A DNA stretch of 64,000 nt from Candidatus Eiseniibacteriota bacterium. GTDB lineage: Bacteria; Eisenbacteria; RBG-16-71-46; CAIMUX01; VGJL01. Within the stretch, counting starts at the first letter, position 1, and each line of letters opens with the position of its first letter. Positions 38,836 to 48,352 of this stretch are shown here, piece by piece. The stretch covers positions 92,153 to 156,152 of the forward strand of contig VGJL01000001.1 of assembly GCA_016867495.1 (NCBI GenBank), given 5' to 3'. Under the pieces are notes generated by a model that did no database searches, had not been told where the DNA came from, and worked only from the letters and a program-made list of their open reading frames with translations. The translations under genes and the position numbers were made by a program.

Positions 38836-39398
38836 CCCTCCCATGCGAAGAAGACCAGGTTGGTCTCGCCGACCGCGTGCGTCCTGTAACGGTGGAGCCG
38901 GCCGACGGTCTCGGCCGGTTGAACAGCATGCTTCGACGTTTCCACAACGAGCACTCCATCGGCGGCAAGCAGCGCGCCGGGACCCGAGCGGAACGCCCGC
39001 GCGATCCAGTCGCGGTCCGCCTCCGCGTACGGCGGATCGGCGAACGCGTAGCGGAACGATCTGCCCTCTTCCTCGAGAACCTTGACCCCCGACCCGACCG
39101 AGGCCGCGAGGACCCGGCTCCTCGCCGACAGGCCGAGATCCTCGATGTTGCCCCTGAGGAGGCGAAGGGCGCCCGGATCGCGCTCGATGAAGCATGCCTC
39201 GGCCGCCCCGCGGCTGAGCGCCTCGATTCCGACGGCCCCGACTCCGGCGAAGAGATCGAGGACCGCCGCTCCCTCGATCGCCTCCGCCAAGATGTCGAAG
39301 AGGACTTGGCGCACGTGCCCTTGCGTCGGCCTGAGGGTCTTGCCCGGCGGCGTCCTGAGCGTGCGCCCCTTCAGCTCTCCGGCAATGACCCGCATCAT
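38829..39398 (-). CDS. rsmD: 16S rRNA (guanine966-N2)-methyltransferase
   Basis: RsmD motifs (VLDLFAGVGAVGIEALSRGA, DPPY). Conserved rsmD-coaD gene order. Confidence 0.85.
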   Translation of the reverse strand: MMRVIAGELKGRTLRTPPGKTLRPTQGHVRQVLFDILAEAIEGAAVLDLFAGVGAVGIEALSRGAAEACFIERDPGALRLLRGNIEDLGLSARSRVLAASVGSGVKVLEEEGRSFRYAFADPPYAEADRDWIARAFRSGPGALLAADGVLVVETSKHAVQPAETVGRLHRYRTHAVGETNLVFFAWEGK

Positions 39399-39931
39399 GC
39401 CCTGCTGCCCCGGAGCAATGCGATGGCCGATGAAAGCTCATCGCAGATCGCGTCGATTCCCTTGCCGTCCGTGTCGACGACCAGCTCGGCTCCCCTATAG
39501 AGATCCTCACGCGAAGACAGGAGGGAAGGCAGTACGAGCCTCGCCGCGGCGCCCTCCCCCAGGGGCCGCGCCGGCGCCCCCGGGGCTCCGATGCGCCTCA
39601 TGATCTCCGGGAGGGACGTCTTCAGCCAGACGGCGACGCAGCGATCCTCGAGGGCGGCTCTGTTGCGAGGATCGATGAGGGTCCCCCCCCCGCAAGCGAT
39701 GATCAACCCCTCGCCGGCGCAGAGATCGCGGAAGATCCTCCCCTCCACCTCTCGGAAGTAGGGTTCGCCCCGGGCCGCGAAGATATCGCTGATCGGGAGC
39801 CCCTCCGAGCGCTCCACGAGGAGGTCGACATCATGGAAGGGAAGCCCAGTTCTGCTGCTCAACGCCTGCCCGACGGTCGTCTTGCCGGCCGCCATGAATC
39901 CGATCAGAGCCAGATTCGGGGCGGGAATCAT
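39395..39931 (-). CDS. aroK: Shikimate kinase
   Basis: P-loop GFMAAGKTTVG and shikimate-binding residues. 178 aa. Confidence 0.85.
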   Translation of the reverse strand: MIPAPNLALIGFMAAGKTTVGQALSSRTGLPFHDVDLLVERSEGLPISDIFAARGEPYFREVEGRIFRDLCAGEGLIIACGGGTLIDPRNRAALEDRCVAVWLKTSLPEIMRRIGAPGAPARPLGEGAAARLVLPSLLSSREDLYRGAELVVDTDGKGIDAICDELSSAIALLRGSRA

Positions 39932-40281
39932 GGCTTCTGCCCGCCCTCGGCCGGCTGGCCCGCATCGGGGGGCGCGGCCCCCGTCTGCGGCCTCTCCCCA
40001 GCGCCCGTCGCCGGCTCCGGCCCATCGGCCGGTTCGCTGATCTCGACCGAGGCGAGCGGGCGCTTCTGGCCTTCTTCGGCCCTGTGCCTCTCGTAGAAGT
40101 CGTCCGGCTTCACGACCTCGGTCGATCTGCGGACTGAGTCCTCGACCCCGCGCAGCGTACGCTGCAGATCGCCAAGGCCCTTTCCAAGCGTCCGCGCGAT
40201 GTCAGGGATGTGGCGCGGACCGAACAGGACAAAGACGAGGAGCAGGATGAGGAGCAGCTCTTGAGTCCCGACGTTGAACAC
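39928..40281 (-). CDS. tatA: Twin-arginine translocase subunit TatA/E
   Basis: N-terminal TM helix and amphipathic helix (MFNVGTQELLLILLLVFVLFGPRHIPDIARTLGKG), followed by an acidic/Pro-rich tail. Confidence 0.85.
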   Translation of the reverse strand: MFNVGTQELLLILLLVFVLFGPRHIPDIARTLGKGLGDLQRTLRGVEDSVRRSTEVVKPDDFYERHRAEEGQKRPLASVEISEPADGPEPATGAGERPQTGAAPPDAGQPAEGGQKP

Positions 40282-40403
40282 CGATCGACCTTCTCCCTTG
40301 TGCCACTGAGACCTTCACCATGCTACCAGAAGCGCCGGCGCCCGCAAGAAGGCGGGGGGCCCTGTCGGACCCCCCGCCTGAGGTTTCAGCTACCGTGGAA
40401 AGG

Positions 40404-41423
40404 CTAGAAGTTGAATTTCACCCCGACCATGTGGTTGTCGTCGAAGAAGTCGTTCACGAGGCGCAGGGCGTAGTCGAAGTTGAGCTTGCTCTGGCCGCCC
40501 AGCGGGAGGGCCACTCCGAGGCCGAACGCCGGGCCGTAGAGGTAGTCGTCGTTGCCGCTCAGGGTCCCGCCTCCGCGCACGAAGAACTGGTCGTGATAGG
40601 CGAACTCCGCCCCCAGATTGACCTCGTCGTCGTTGAAGTTGTTCGACTGGAAGCTACCGTACCCCGCGACCATCCCGATGTCTGTGAGCGGGTACTCGTA
40701 GCGCCCGCCGAACTCGATGTAGCTCGGCAGCTCGAACGGCGCGGAGAGCGACGAGAGCGAGCGGTCGCCCGCCTGGGGGTTGTCCGAGGTCCGGTGGAAG
40801 CTCTCGAAGTCGGCGCCCGAGAACCTCATCGTGGGGCCGATGTTCTTCAGCGCCAGTCCGAACGAGACCCCCTTGGGGCCCGGCCGGTACTGGATCCCGA
40901 TGTCGAACGCGACCCCCGACGCGTGGGCTTGAAGAACCGACTCCGAAATGAGCTTGCCGGTGAGGCCGATCGTGACCTGATCGGTCATGTAGCGCCCGTA
41001 GGAGAGACCGAGGATCGAGAAGTTCGGCGAGAAGACCCTCCCGGTCCCTTCCGGCGCCAGTTCGGTCGTTTCGATGATGTCGCCGATCGAGAGGACGTCG
41101 GCCGTCACCGCGATCGTCCCGAAGCTGGTCTGCGCGGCGACGCCGACGTAGTTCTTCTTCATGTCGGCGATGTAGGTGAGGTTCGAGAAGAGAGCCTCGA
41201 CCCCCCGCACGCCGGAGATGGCGGCGGGATTCCAGTAGAGCATCTCGAGTCCGCCCCAGTCGGCGACGGCGCCGTCGCCGATCGCGAGTCCTCTGGGGCT
41301 GTTCGGGATCAGTAGCTCGGAGGCACCCGCCGTCCCGATCCGGTCGGAGTTGCCCGCGAAGGCCGCCGCCACGAGAGCCGTGGAGAGCAGGACCGCCGCA
41401 GCCAGGACAAACTGAACCTTCAT
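40404..41423 (-). CDS. PorV/PorP-like (FadL-like) outer-membrane beta-barrel protein, type IX secretion associated
   Basis: Signal peptide, then LLIPNSPRGLAIGDGAVADWGG...LYWNPAAI, resembling the PorV/LptO N-terminal signature. Beta-barrel-like alternation; ends in F. Strong RBS (AGGAGG 7 nt upstream). The track ORF was trimmed to this Met. Confidence 0.5.
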   Translation of the reverse strand: MKVQFVLAAAVLLSTALVAAAFAGNSDRIGTAGASELLIPNSPRGLAIGDGAVADWGGLEMLYWNPAAISGVRGVEALFSNLTYIADMKKNYVGVAAQTSFGTIAVTADVLSIGDIIETTELAPEGTGRVFSPNFSILGLSYGRYMTDQVTIGLTGKLISESVLQAHASGVAFDIGIQYRPGPKGVSFGLALKNIGPTMRFSGADFESFHRTSDNPQAGDRSLSSLSAPFELPSYIEFGGRYEYPLTDIGMVAGYGSFQSNNFNDDEVNLGAEFAYHDQFFVRGGGTLSGNDDYLYGPAFGLGVALPLGGQSKLNFDYALRLVNDFFDDNHMVGVKFNF

Positions 41424-41446
41424 CGCGTATCCTCCTTTCCCTGGTT

Positions 41447-44400
41447 CTAGAAGCGATTCAGCCGTTCTTTTTCGACGAAGACGGCAAGCTTGCCGACATG
41501 AGCGCCGACTCCCTTGGCGTCCACATGGAAGATGTAGATCCCGCTGGCAACCGGTATCGCCTGCTCGTTCTGGAGGTCCCACTCGAGGATCGAGCTGACC
41601 TGGTCCTCCGCTCCCTCCTTCTCGAGCGTCCGAATCAGCTCGCCGGCCAGATTGAAGAGGCGAATCGTCGTCGGCACGTTGGGCAGATTGATGAACCGCA
41701 CCACCCGATTGAACTGATCCAGCTCGTAGGCGCTCTGGTTGAGATAGGGATTGGGGACAGCCCGGATGCGGCTGAGATCGTACCCAACGACATCCCCCGC
41801 CCTGTCGCCGGCTGCGTAGGTCCTGAAGCGGAACTTGTCCGCCGGGGTGTTCGGCTTCGTCGTCGAGAACTTGATGACGGTGCCGTCCGGCGGCATCTGG
41901 AGAGGATCGGCATCCGACCAGACGACGAGCCTCGCGAAGAGCTCGACTCCGGTTGGATTCTGGCCCCACTCTCCATCGCTCACCTCGGCCACGACCTGCT
42001 CCCAAGTGAATCCCTCGCCCAGCGTGTTGGCGTAGATCCAGTCCGTGGCGCGCTCTCCGTAGTGTCCGTCGACATTGTCCTCGGGGAAGTCAAACTCGTT
42101 GGGGGAGGCGCCTCCTTCGACAATCAGAGGCACCAAGCGCACTTCCTCCTGCGTCAGGGGATCTACCCAGTAGAGGCCGAAGGGAAGCGGGCGCCATCTC
42201 GCGTCGTCCAGCCACCACCAGCCCCAGTTGTTCACGAAGTCATAGTCCCACTTCATGATGATGTCGTTGGCCGTGTGGTTCGCGTTCAGGGTTCCGTCTC
42301 GCATCAGACGGCCCTCGCCGCCGTCGCCGCCGCCGCAGGAGAGCCCCCAGTCGGCCGTGGAGTTGTAGCTCCACCAGAGGTCGTTGCCAGGTCCGCCCCA
42401 AGCATCGGGCTCAACCGGCGTTCCCCCGCCGAGGCCGTCCCCGTGGATGATCTCATCCATCATCGGACGCGACGGCTCGCGCTGGTTCCGCTTGAACCCG
42501 GGCGCGGGTCCGAGGACGCGGACCATCATCCCGTTCACGATCGGGTAGCCGTACTCCTCGGGATCGGGGGACTGGAACTCCTGTCTTGCCAAGAGCGTGT
42601 CCTCTGATCCGCTCCTTACGAGATCCCAGACCACCTTCGTGACCTCGTGCTCGTCCTCGATCTCGACGACCTCGCGGAAGGTCACATCGTACTCGGCGTT
42701 CTCCACCAGCGAAGGGTCGATGAAGACGACCTCGACCGAGCCGTCGCTCGTCCCGCTCATGCGGACGATCTCACTGCTCGGCAATCGCAGCAGGCCCGAT
42801 GAGGCCTTCGGCGTCACCGTGACTCCCTGGGGAGAGTTCTCGAGCGTCGGCGAGATCCATCCCAGCTGATTCTCCCCGACGAAGAAGGGCTCGATGTTCC
42901 TCACGTCATATGAGTACGACGTCACGGCGAAGAAGTAGTCCAGGTAGTTAACCAACTGCCCGCCCTTGATCGCGTCCTGCGCGATGGTGATCTTGTGGGT
43001 CAGGCCGCTGTCCGAGCCTCGCTGGACAATGACCCTCTGGGTGCCTCCCGCCCCGATGTCGAAGACATCGCCATAGATCAGGGCAACCGCGTCGGCCACG
43101 TCCCAGGTGTAGATCTTGTGCCACGGGCCCGCTACCGATTCCCCTTGATAGAGGTTGTAGCCCTGGTGGTGGTACTCCTGGTCCAGCTCCTCGCTCAGAT
43201 CCACATGTCCGAGCGCGTCCGTCGACCAGATGAGATCGACCGATCGATCCCCCGGCAGATAGTACATCTGCGGCCTCGGCGGGGAGGACGGAAGCTGGAA
43301 GTTGATGTCGAAGACCGCCTGCGCCTGCTCGTCGTAGAGCTTGAGAAGCTCGAGGCTCTCCAGCCTATCGGCCCCCTGCGCGATGATCAGCCCGGCGACG
43401 ACCTCCTGGCTGTCGCCCGGGGCCATCGAGAAGGGGCCGGAAGAGAGCATCAGCCGGCGATCCGCCGCGTTGGTGTCGAGCCACCCGGTCCCGGCGACGG
43501 GATCGCCGGCGACCATGTAGCGCGTCGGCAGATTCGTCGTCGGATCGATCTGTTGGCCTCCGAGCGGATCGAGCCCCAGCATGTAGTTGTAGGACTGAGA
43601 GGCGGAACGGGGATCCGTTCCATTGATGTACTTGTTGAAGGACGTCATCGGCAGGTTCCTGTAATCGGGAACCGCCCGGCCGCTCACGTAGGCGGTGTCG
43701 CCGGGGCTGGGCACGATGGGTCCTTGGAAAAAGTCGAAGCCGACCGCCGGAGGGGCGCTCTCGTAGATCTCGTCGTCGTTGGTGTCGTTGTAGCAGTAGC
43801 CCAGGGAGAGAAGCGTGTCGCAACCGACCAGATCGTCGTCGGCCCCTCCCAGGTCCGGGTCGGACCAGAGCGAGATGAAGCAGTCCTCGAGCGTCTCGTT
43901 CCCCCGGTTGATGATCTTGAACTTCACGAAGACCATGTTCCCCAGAGGGGCGGGGCGATCGAAGGCAAAGGTGGTCTGCTGGATTTCGATGTTCTGCGGC
44001 GCCGTCGCGCCGGCGTTGTTCGTATGGCCGGAGGGATCGGCATCGTTGTAGACCGCCCAGAGCGTCTGATCGCCCACGAAGAGGGGCCTGCCCTCTGCGT
44101 CCACGGGGGCGCCATCGGCGATCGGCCAGTTCAGGTAGTCCTCCGATTGCGTGTCCCCCTTGACAATCTTGTAGACCCGAAGACGGGCGTCCGCCGGATT
44201 GTCGTAGGTGATCGTGCTGCCCTCGTTGTAGATCCGTCCGGGCTGGTACTCGAGGTCGTACTCCGCGACCGTGACCCTCACTTCCCCTTCGGCCTTCGAC
44301 CCGAACCAGAGGCCGCATGCATAGACGGCGGCCTTGTTGGTTCCGCGCGGGAAGAAGGTTCCCGAGGGGCCTCCCTGCGATTCGAGATCTCTCCCGAACC

Positions 44401-44581
44401 CGCCGCTGTTCGTCACGAACATGTCGATGTTGTTGACATCGATACGGGTGTCGTTGTCGACGACGAGGGGAACCAGCAAGCCGGCGACTCCCCCACCCAC
44501 GACGGCGGCGGCCGGAAGCGGCCCGGCAAGCAATCCAGCCAGGATCAGCCAGGCCAGAATCCACCGGTATGGCCGAATCAT
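41447..44581 (-). CDS. Large secreted protein (1044 aa) with type IX secretion C-terminal sorting domain (Por_Secre_tail-like)
   Basis: The C-terminal ~80 aa (TIRLFNLAGELIRTL...WDLQNEQAIPVASGIYIFHV...) match the T9SS type-A C-terminal domain pattern. N-terminal signal peptide after MIRPYRW, with AAGGAGGA RBS. The body has no recognised catalytic motif. Confidence 0.65.
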   Translation of the reverse strand: MIRPYRWILAWLILAGLLAGPLPAAAVVGGGVAGLLVPLVVDNDTRIDVNNIDMFVTNSGGFGRDLESQGGPSGTFFPRGTNKAAVYACGLWFGSKAEGEVRVTVAEYDLEYQPGRIYNEGSTITYDNPADARLRVYKIVKGDTQSEDYLNWPIADGAPVDAEGRPLFVGDQTLWAVYNDADPSGHTNNAGATAPQNIEIQQTTFAFDRPAPLGNMVFVKFKIINRGNETLEDCFISLWSDPDLGGADDDLVGCDTLLSLGYCYNDTNDDEIYESAPPAVGFDFFQGPIVPSPGDTAYVSGRAVPDYRNLPMTSFNKYINGTDPRSASQSYNYMLGLDPLGGQQIDPTTNLPTRYMVAGDPVAGTGWLDTNAADRRLMLSSGPFSMAPGDSQEVVAGLIIAQGADRLESLELLKLYDEQAQAVFDINFQLPSSPPRPQMYYLPGDRSVDLIWSTDALGHVDLSEELDQEYHHQGYNLYQGESVAGPWHKIYTWDVADAVALIYGDVFDIGAGGTQRVIVQRGSDSGLTHKITIAQDAIKGGQLVNYLDYFFAVTSYSYDVRNIEPFFVGENQLGWISPTLENSPQGVTVTPKASSGLLRLPSSEIVRMSGTSDGSVEVVFIDPSLVENAEYDVTFREVVEIEDEHEVTKVVWDLVRSGSEDTLLARQEFQSPDPEEYGYPIVNGMMVRVLGPAPGFKRNQREPSRPMMDEIIHGDGLGGGTPVEPDAWGGPGNDLWWSYNSTADWGLSCGGGDGGEGRLMRDGTLNANHTANDIIMKWDYDFVNNWGWWWLDDARWRPLPFGLYWVDPLTQEEVRLVPLIVEGGASPNEFDFPEDNVDGHYGERATDWIYANTLGEGFTWEQVVAEVSDGEWGQNPTGVELFARLVVWSDADPLQMPPDGTVIKFSTTKPNTPADKFRFRTYAAGDRAGDVVGYDLSRIRAVPNPYLNQSAYELDQFNRVVRFINLPNVPTTIRLFNLAGELIRTLEKEGAEDQVSSILEWDLQNEQAIPVASGIYIFHVDAKGVGAHVGKLAVFVEKERLNRF

Positions 44582-44638
44582 AGATCCTCCTTGTTCAAGC
44601 GCCTGCCTCGAAGAGGCGACATCCATCTGGCGCTTCAT

Positions 44639-47488
44639 CTAGAAACTCGTCCTGAGTCCGAATCGGACCATACGCGGGCTGTCGTAGTTGTTCGGGTTTC
44701 TCTGGGCCAGGCCGTAGAGACCGCGCTCCTCATCCGTGGAATAGGAAAGCGCTCCCGTCGGCGTTGTCAGCCAGCCGGTCTCAGCGGGATCCCCAGACGA
44801 GCTGTAGACGGCGACCGGGTTGACCCTGTTGAGGACATTCAGGACCCAGAGGTAGGCGTTGATCTCGTACCTTCCGAAGGCGAAGCCGCGATCGAGCTTC
44901 ATGTCGACGCGATTGCGCCAGGGGCCGTAGAGCGAGTTGATCGAGCCCGAGGGCTGGATCGTGACCGCCGCCAGCGTAACCTCGTCATAGGCCTTGGTGG
45001 GCGTGTACGGATTGCCGCTGCTGATGTTGATCAGCACGTTGACTCCCATCTTCTCGAAGGGGCGAAGGCCGCCGATCACCGGCCCCTGTCCCTTCTCGAA
45101 ACGATAGTCGACGTTCGCCGAGATCTTGTGGCGTTGATCGAAGTCGAGGGGCGCGGTCTGCTTCGGCGCGATCCCTCCCGTCCAGGCGATATTGCGCTGG
45201 GAGTTGGCCACGGATCCCGTCCCGTTCGCGAAGGAGTAGGTGTAGTTGAGCTGCGCGGCGAGATTCGAGGTCCGGCGCAGGTCGAAAGCGAAGTCGACTC
45301 CCTTGATCGTGCCGTAGTCGGTGTTGCGGAACGAGGAGTAGGAGTTCGGAGATGAGCGGATCGACTGGACCTGGACGAGGTCCTGGACGTTCTTGTAGAA
45401 GGCGGTCAGGTCGATGCGCGCGCGCTCCGAGACCTGCTGGGTGAACCCGACCTCATAAGCCGTCGTCGTCTCGGGGGTCAGGTTCGGATTCCCGAAGGGG
45501 TAGTAGTACCCTCCCTCCCTCACCTTGTACTCGCCATAGACGAAGCCGGTGTAGAGGTCCTCCAGGTTCGGCTGCTGGAAAAAGATCCCGTAGTTGGCGT
45601 GGAACTGCGTCCTCTCGCTCACGGGGAAACCGACTCCCAGGCGAGGACTCAGCTTATGCCTGACCTTGCTGTCCTCGAGGTCCTCGGGATCCAGAACGGC
45701 CCGGTCCTCGCCGAGGGGCAGCTCCTCGTTCGCGAAGATCTTGGTGTCGACATCCAGGTAGTCGTAGCGCAGACCGGCATTCAGGATGAACTGGTCCTTC
45801 TCGTACTTGTTCTGCACATAGAAGGAAGCGTCCTTGGGATGCTTCGCTCCGTCCAGTCCCCTATCGAGAGGCTTCTCGGGATCGTCGAGCGCATATCCGA
45901 AGCGATCGACGTCCACGAGTCCCTGCGGCGTTCGCATGCGGTAGGGGAAGAGATGCCGGTAGCGCCGCAGGGTGTGATCGCGGTACTCGGCTCCCACCTT
46001 CGCCTGGTTTGTCGGCGTCCACTGGACCGTCATGTCGCCCTTGAATCCAAAGTAGGACGACTCCCGATGAAGATAGTCGTCCCAGACCGAGGCGGTGCTG
46101 TCGCTGTAGACGTAGGTCGTGTCGCTCCCCACGATCCGCTGGAGGTCCTCAGTCGGCCCGTACCAGAAGAGGGGCGTCCCGGGATCGTAGGTCGGATTCC
46201 CGTCAGGACGGCTGTAGGCGTCAAGGTCCTTGAAGTAGCGGCCGTCCCCGCGGAACCGCTCCGTGTAGAACCAGTTCGCTCCGAAGGAGTAGAATGTCCG
46301 CGGGTTGATCGTGTGCGTGAAGGTTCCGAAGAGGCTCTTGTTGGTGTCCTGATAGCGCGGTGTGTGCGGCAGGTTGAACAGGTAGGAGTGCCGGTACTCC
46401 TGCCAGTCGTCCCTCGAGTTGAGCGTGCCGACGCGGATCTTGTATGGAGCGCCGAGCTGCCAGGTGCCTTTCGCCTGCCATGTGTAGCCGGACAGATCGT
46501 TGTTGGGAAGCCTCCCGTCCTTGTATAGCGCCTTCTGTTCGCCGGTGAAGCCGAGCTTCTCGATCGGCTTCGGAGCGCGGTCGCGCTGCCAGCGGCTCTC
46601 GCCGCTCAGGAAGAAGGTCAGCTGATCCGTGCCCGGGATCACCGGACCTCCAAGAGAGGCGTCATAGATGTTCCAGTCGTAGCTCTTGGCGCCTAGCCAT
46701 TCGCCGATCCTGTTGTCGGTGACGACCTCGACGCTGCCGAAGTATTCCGGCTCTCCCTCCCGCGTGATGACGTTGACCGCGCCGGACATGATCTTCCCGT
46801 ACTCGGCATTGAAACCGCCCGTCATGACCACGATCTGGTCGATGGCGTTCTGGTTCACGGAGGTGGTCGAAAGCCCGGTCAAGGGGTCCTGCTGCGAGAA
46901 CCCGTCCACGTAGTAGGCGACCTCCTCCGCCCTGCCCCCCCGCACGTAGAGACGAGGCGCGTTGCTCGCCTCGGCCCCCACGGGGGTCAGGCTCTGCGCG
47001 ACGATGCCGGCCTGCTGGCTTGCGACGTTCTGGTATCCCCTCGCGGGGAGATTCTCGACCTCCTCGCGACCCAGGAACCGCGTCGTGCCCGTGAGGTCCT
47101 TCTGGATGAGCGGCTTCTCGGCGCGGATCTCGACGGTCTGGACCACGCCCAGCACCGTCTGTTCCAAGGCGAAGTCCGCCTCCGTCGTGAAGTCGGGTGC
47201 GACCCGCACGTCACCCAGGACCACTGGCTTGTAGCCGACTAGGGTCGCCTGCAGCTGGTAGGTTCCGGCCGGAACGTTGAGGACGAAGTAGCGCCCCGCG
47301 GCGTCGGCCGTCGCCCCCATCGTTGTTCCGACGATCGTGATGTTCGCACCGGCGAGCGGTTGGCCGCTCTCCCTGCCGGTGACGACCCCTGAGATCTTCC
47401 CCACCGTTCCCGCCCACGCTGTCGAGACCAGGATCGGCCCCAGCAGCAGCAGGAAGGCAAGTCGGTGGAGACGGTTCTGCAGGAACAT
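44639..47488 (-). CDS. TonB-dependent outer-membrane receptor with N-terminal carboxypeptidase-regulatory-like domain (SusC-like architecture)
   Basis: Signal peptide, a CarbopepD_reg-like domain (GKISGVVTGRESGQPLAGANITIVGTTMGATADAAGRYFV), plug and 22-strand barrel features, and a C-terminal ...FGLRTSF ending in F. Confidence 0.8.
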   Translation of the reverse strand: MFLQNRLHRLAFLLLLGPILVSTAWAGTVGKISGVVTGRESGQPLAGANITIVGTTMGATADAAGRYFVLNVPAGTYQLQATLVGYKPVVLGDVRVAPDFTTEADFALEQTVLGVVQTVEIRAEKPLIQKDLTGTTRFLGREEVENLPARGYQNVASQQAGIVAQSLTPVGAEASNAPRLYVRGGRAEEVAYYVDGFSQQDPLTGLSTTSVNQNAIDQIVVMTGGFNAEYGKIMSGAVNVITREGEPEYFGSVEVVTDNRIGEWLGAKSYDWNIYDASLGGPVIPGTDQLTFFLSGESRWQRDRAPKPIEKLGFTGEQKALYKDGRLPNNDLSGYTWQAKGTWQLGAPYKIRVGTLNSRDDWQEYRHSYLFNLPHTPRYQDTNKSLFGTFTHTINPRTFYSFGANWFYTERFRGDGRYFKDLDAYSRPDGNPTYDPGTPLFWYGPTEDLQRIVGSDTTYVYSDSTASVWDDYLHRESSYFGFKGDMTVQWTPTNQAKVGAEYRDHTLRRYRHLFPYRMRTPQGLVDVDRFGYALDDPEKPLDRGLDGAKHPKDASFYVQNKYEKDQFILNAGLRYDYLDVDTKIFANEELPLGEDRAVLDPEDLEDSKVRHKLSPRLGVGFPVSERTQFHANYGIFFQQPNLEDLYTGFVYGEYKVREGGYYYPFGNPNLTPETTTAYEVGFTQQVSERARIDLTAFYKNVQDLVQVQSIRSSPNSYSSFRNTDYGTIKGVDFAFDLRRTSNLAAQLNYTYSFANGTGSVANSQRNIAWTGGIAPKQTAPLDFDQRHKISANVDYRFEKGQGPVIGGLRPFEKMGVNVLINISSGNPYTPTKAYDEVTLAAVTIQPSGSINSLYGPWRNRVDMKLDRGFAFGRYEINAYLWVLNVLNRVNPVAVYSSSGDPAETGWLTTPTGALSYSTDEERGLYGLAQRNPNNYDSPRMVRFGLRTSF

Positions 47489-47876
47489 ACGCCCCCCTTC
47501 CGCTCACAATGAGCAGGCTGTGGACTCCTTGTCCGATCGGACCATCCGGCCCGCGACTCCTCCCAATCCAAGCACCTCCGCGACGAGAAGTTATTCGCTT
47601 GGAACCCAAGAGCTTAGGGCGGCAGCAAAGTAGTCCCGCCGCAGACCGGTGTCAAGCTCTTTTCCCCTGCCGGTCTGGGCCCCCGCGGCACTGCGCGAAA
47701 GGAGTCGTGCGAAACGCACCCCCGGGAGCCTCCCGACCCTCTATCGGCGGGGCAAACCTCAAGCTTTCGCACTAGTTAGCCGATGAACAGGCATGGAATG
47801 GAAGATGCTCGCCGCAAGGGAGTTCCGGCCTCCGCCGGCCGGAGATGCGCTCTCATGGCAAGGGGGTGAGCGGCAG

Positions 47877-48344
47877 GTGAGATCGAAGAGCAGGCGCCAA
47901 CCTATAGCTATCCAAGGGTTTACGCTGGTCGAACTCATGATCGCCTTGGTGATCCTCGCCGTGGGAATTCTCGGAGTCGGACAGATCTTCGCCGTCTCGG
48001 GAAGGAACGCGGCCATGGGGCGGGCGGAGACGACGGCAGTCAGCCTAGCCCGGGAAATCCAGGAGAAGATCATGAGCGAGTCGGTGGATCAGGTTCCCAT
48101 GGTGTTCGATGGGGTCGACACCACGGAGCCCTCGACCGTCACCCTTCCCTGTGAGGAGTGGGCGGCTCACATCAGCGAGCAGCTCGGCCCGGGAGCGAGC
48201 GGTCGGCTCGACGTGTTCGATTCCGACTCGGATGAAGAGATCCTACCGGGGATGTTCTCCGTTCTCGTCCGGATCTCGTGGCCGTCCCGCGGCGACACGC
48301 TGACGCTTCCCCTCCGGTTCGCGATCACGGACATCGGCCACTGA
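47877..48344 (+). CDS. Type IV pilin-like protein (prepilin-type N-terminal cleavage/methylation domain)
   Basis: Classic class III signal (...QG|FTLVELMIALVILAVGILGV). The start was placed at an in-frame GTG with a short basic leader. The upstream Met (47793) would give an atypically long 28-aa leader. Confidence 0.6.
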   Translation: MRSKSRRQPIAIQGFTLVELMIALVILAVGILGVGQIFAVSGRNAAMGRAETTAVSLAREIQEKIMSESVDQVPMVFDGVDTTEPSTVTLPCEEWAAHISEQLGPGASGRLDVFDSDSDEEILPGMFSVLVRISWPSRGDTLTLPLRFAITDIGH

Positions 48345-48352
48345 TCCGAAGG

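Noticed and set aside
38293..39510. 405-aa ORF extending coaD upstream through rsmD
   Set aside because: The upstream 220 aa are low-complexity and overlap rsmD in another frame. CoaD homology begins at MGGQVKQ.
40404..42005. 533-aa version of the PorV-like gene
   Set aside because: The extra N-terminal 194 aa precede the signal peptide, overlap the 3' end of the T9SS cargo gene, and lack an RBS. The Met at 41423 has AGGAGG at the right spacing.
47857..47876. Possible sigma54 (-24/-12) promoter TGGCA-N-GAGC just upstream of the first pilin gene
   Set aside because: GG-to-GC spacing is 11 rather than 10 nt, and the element would end only about 3 nt from the proposed start codon. No room for a 5' UTR.
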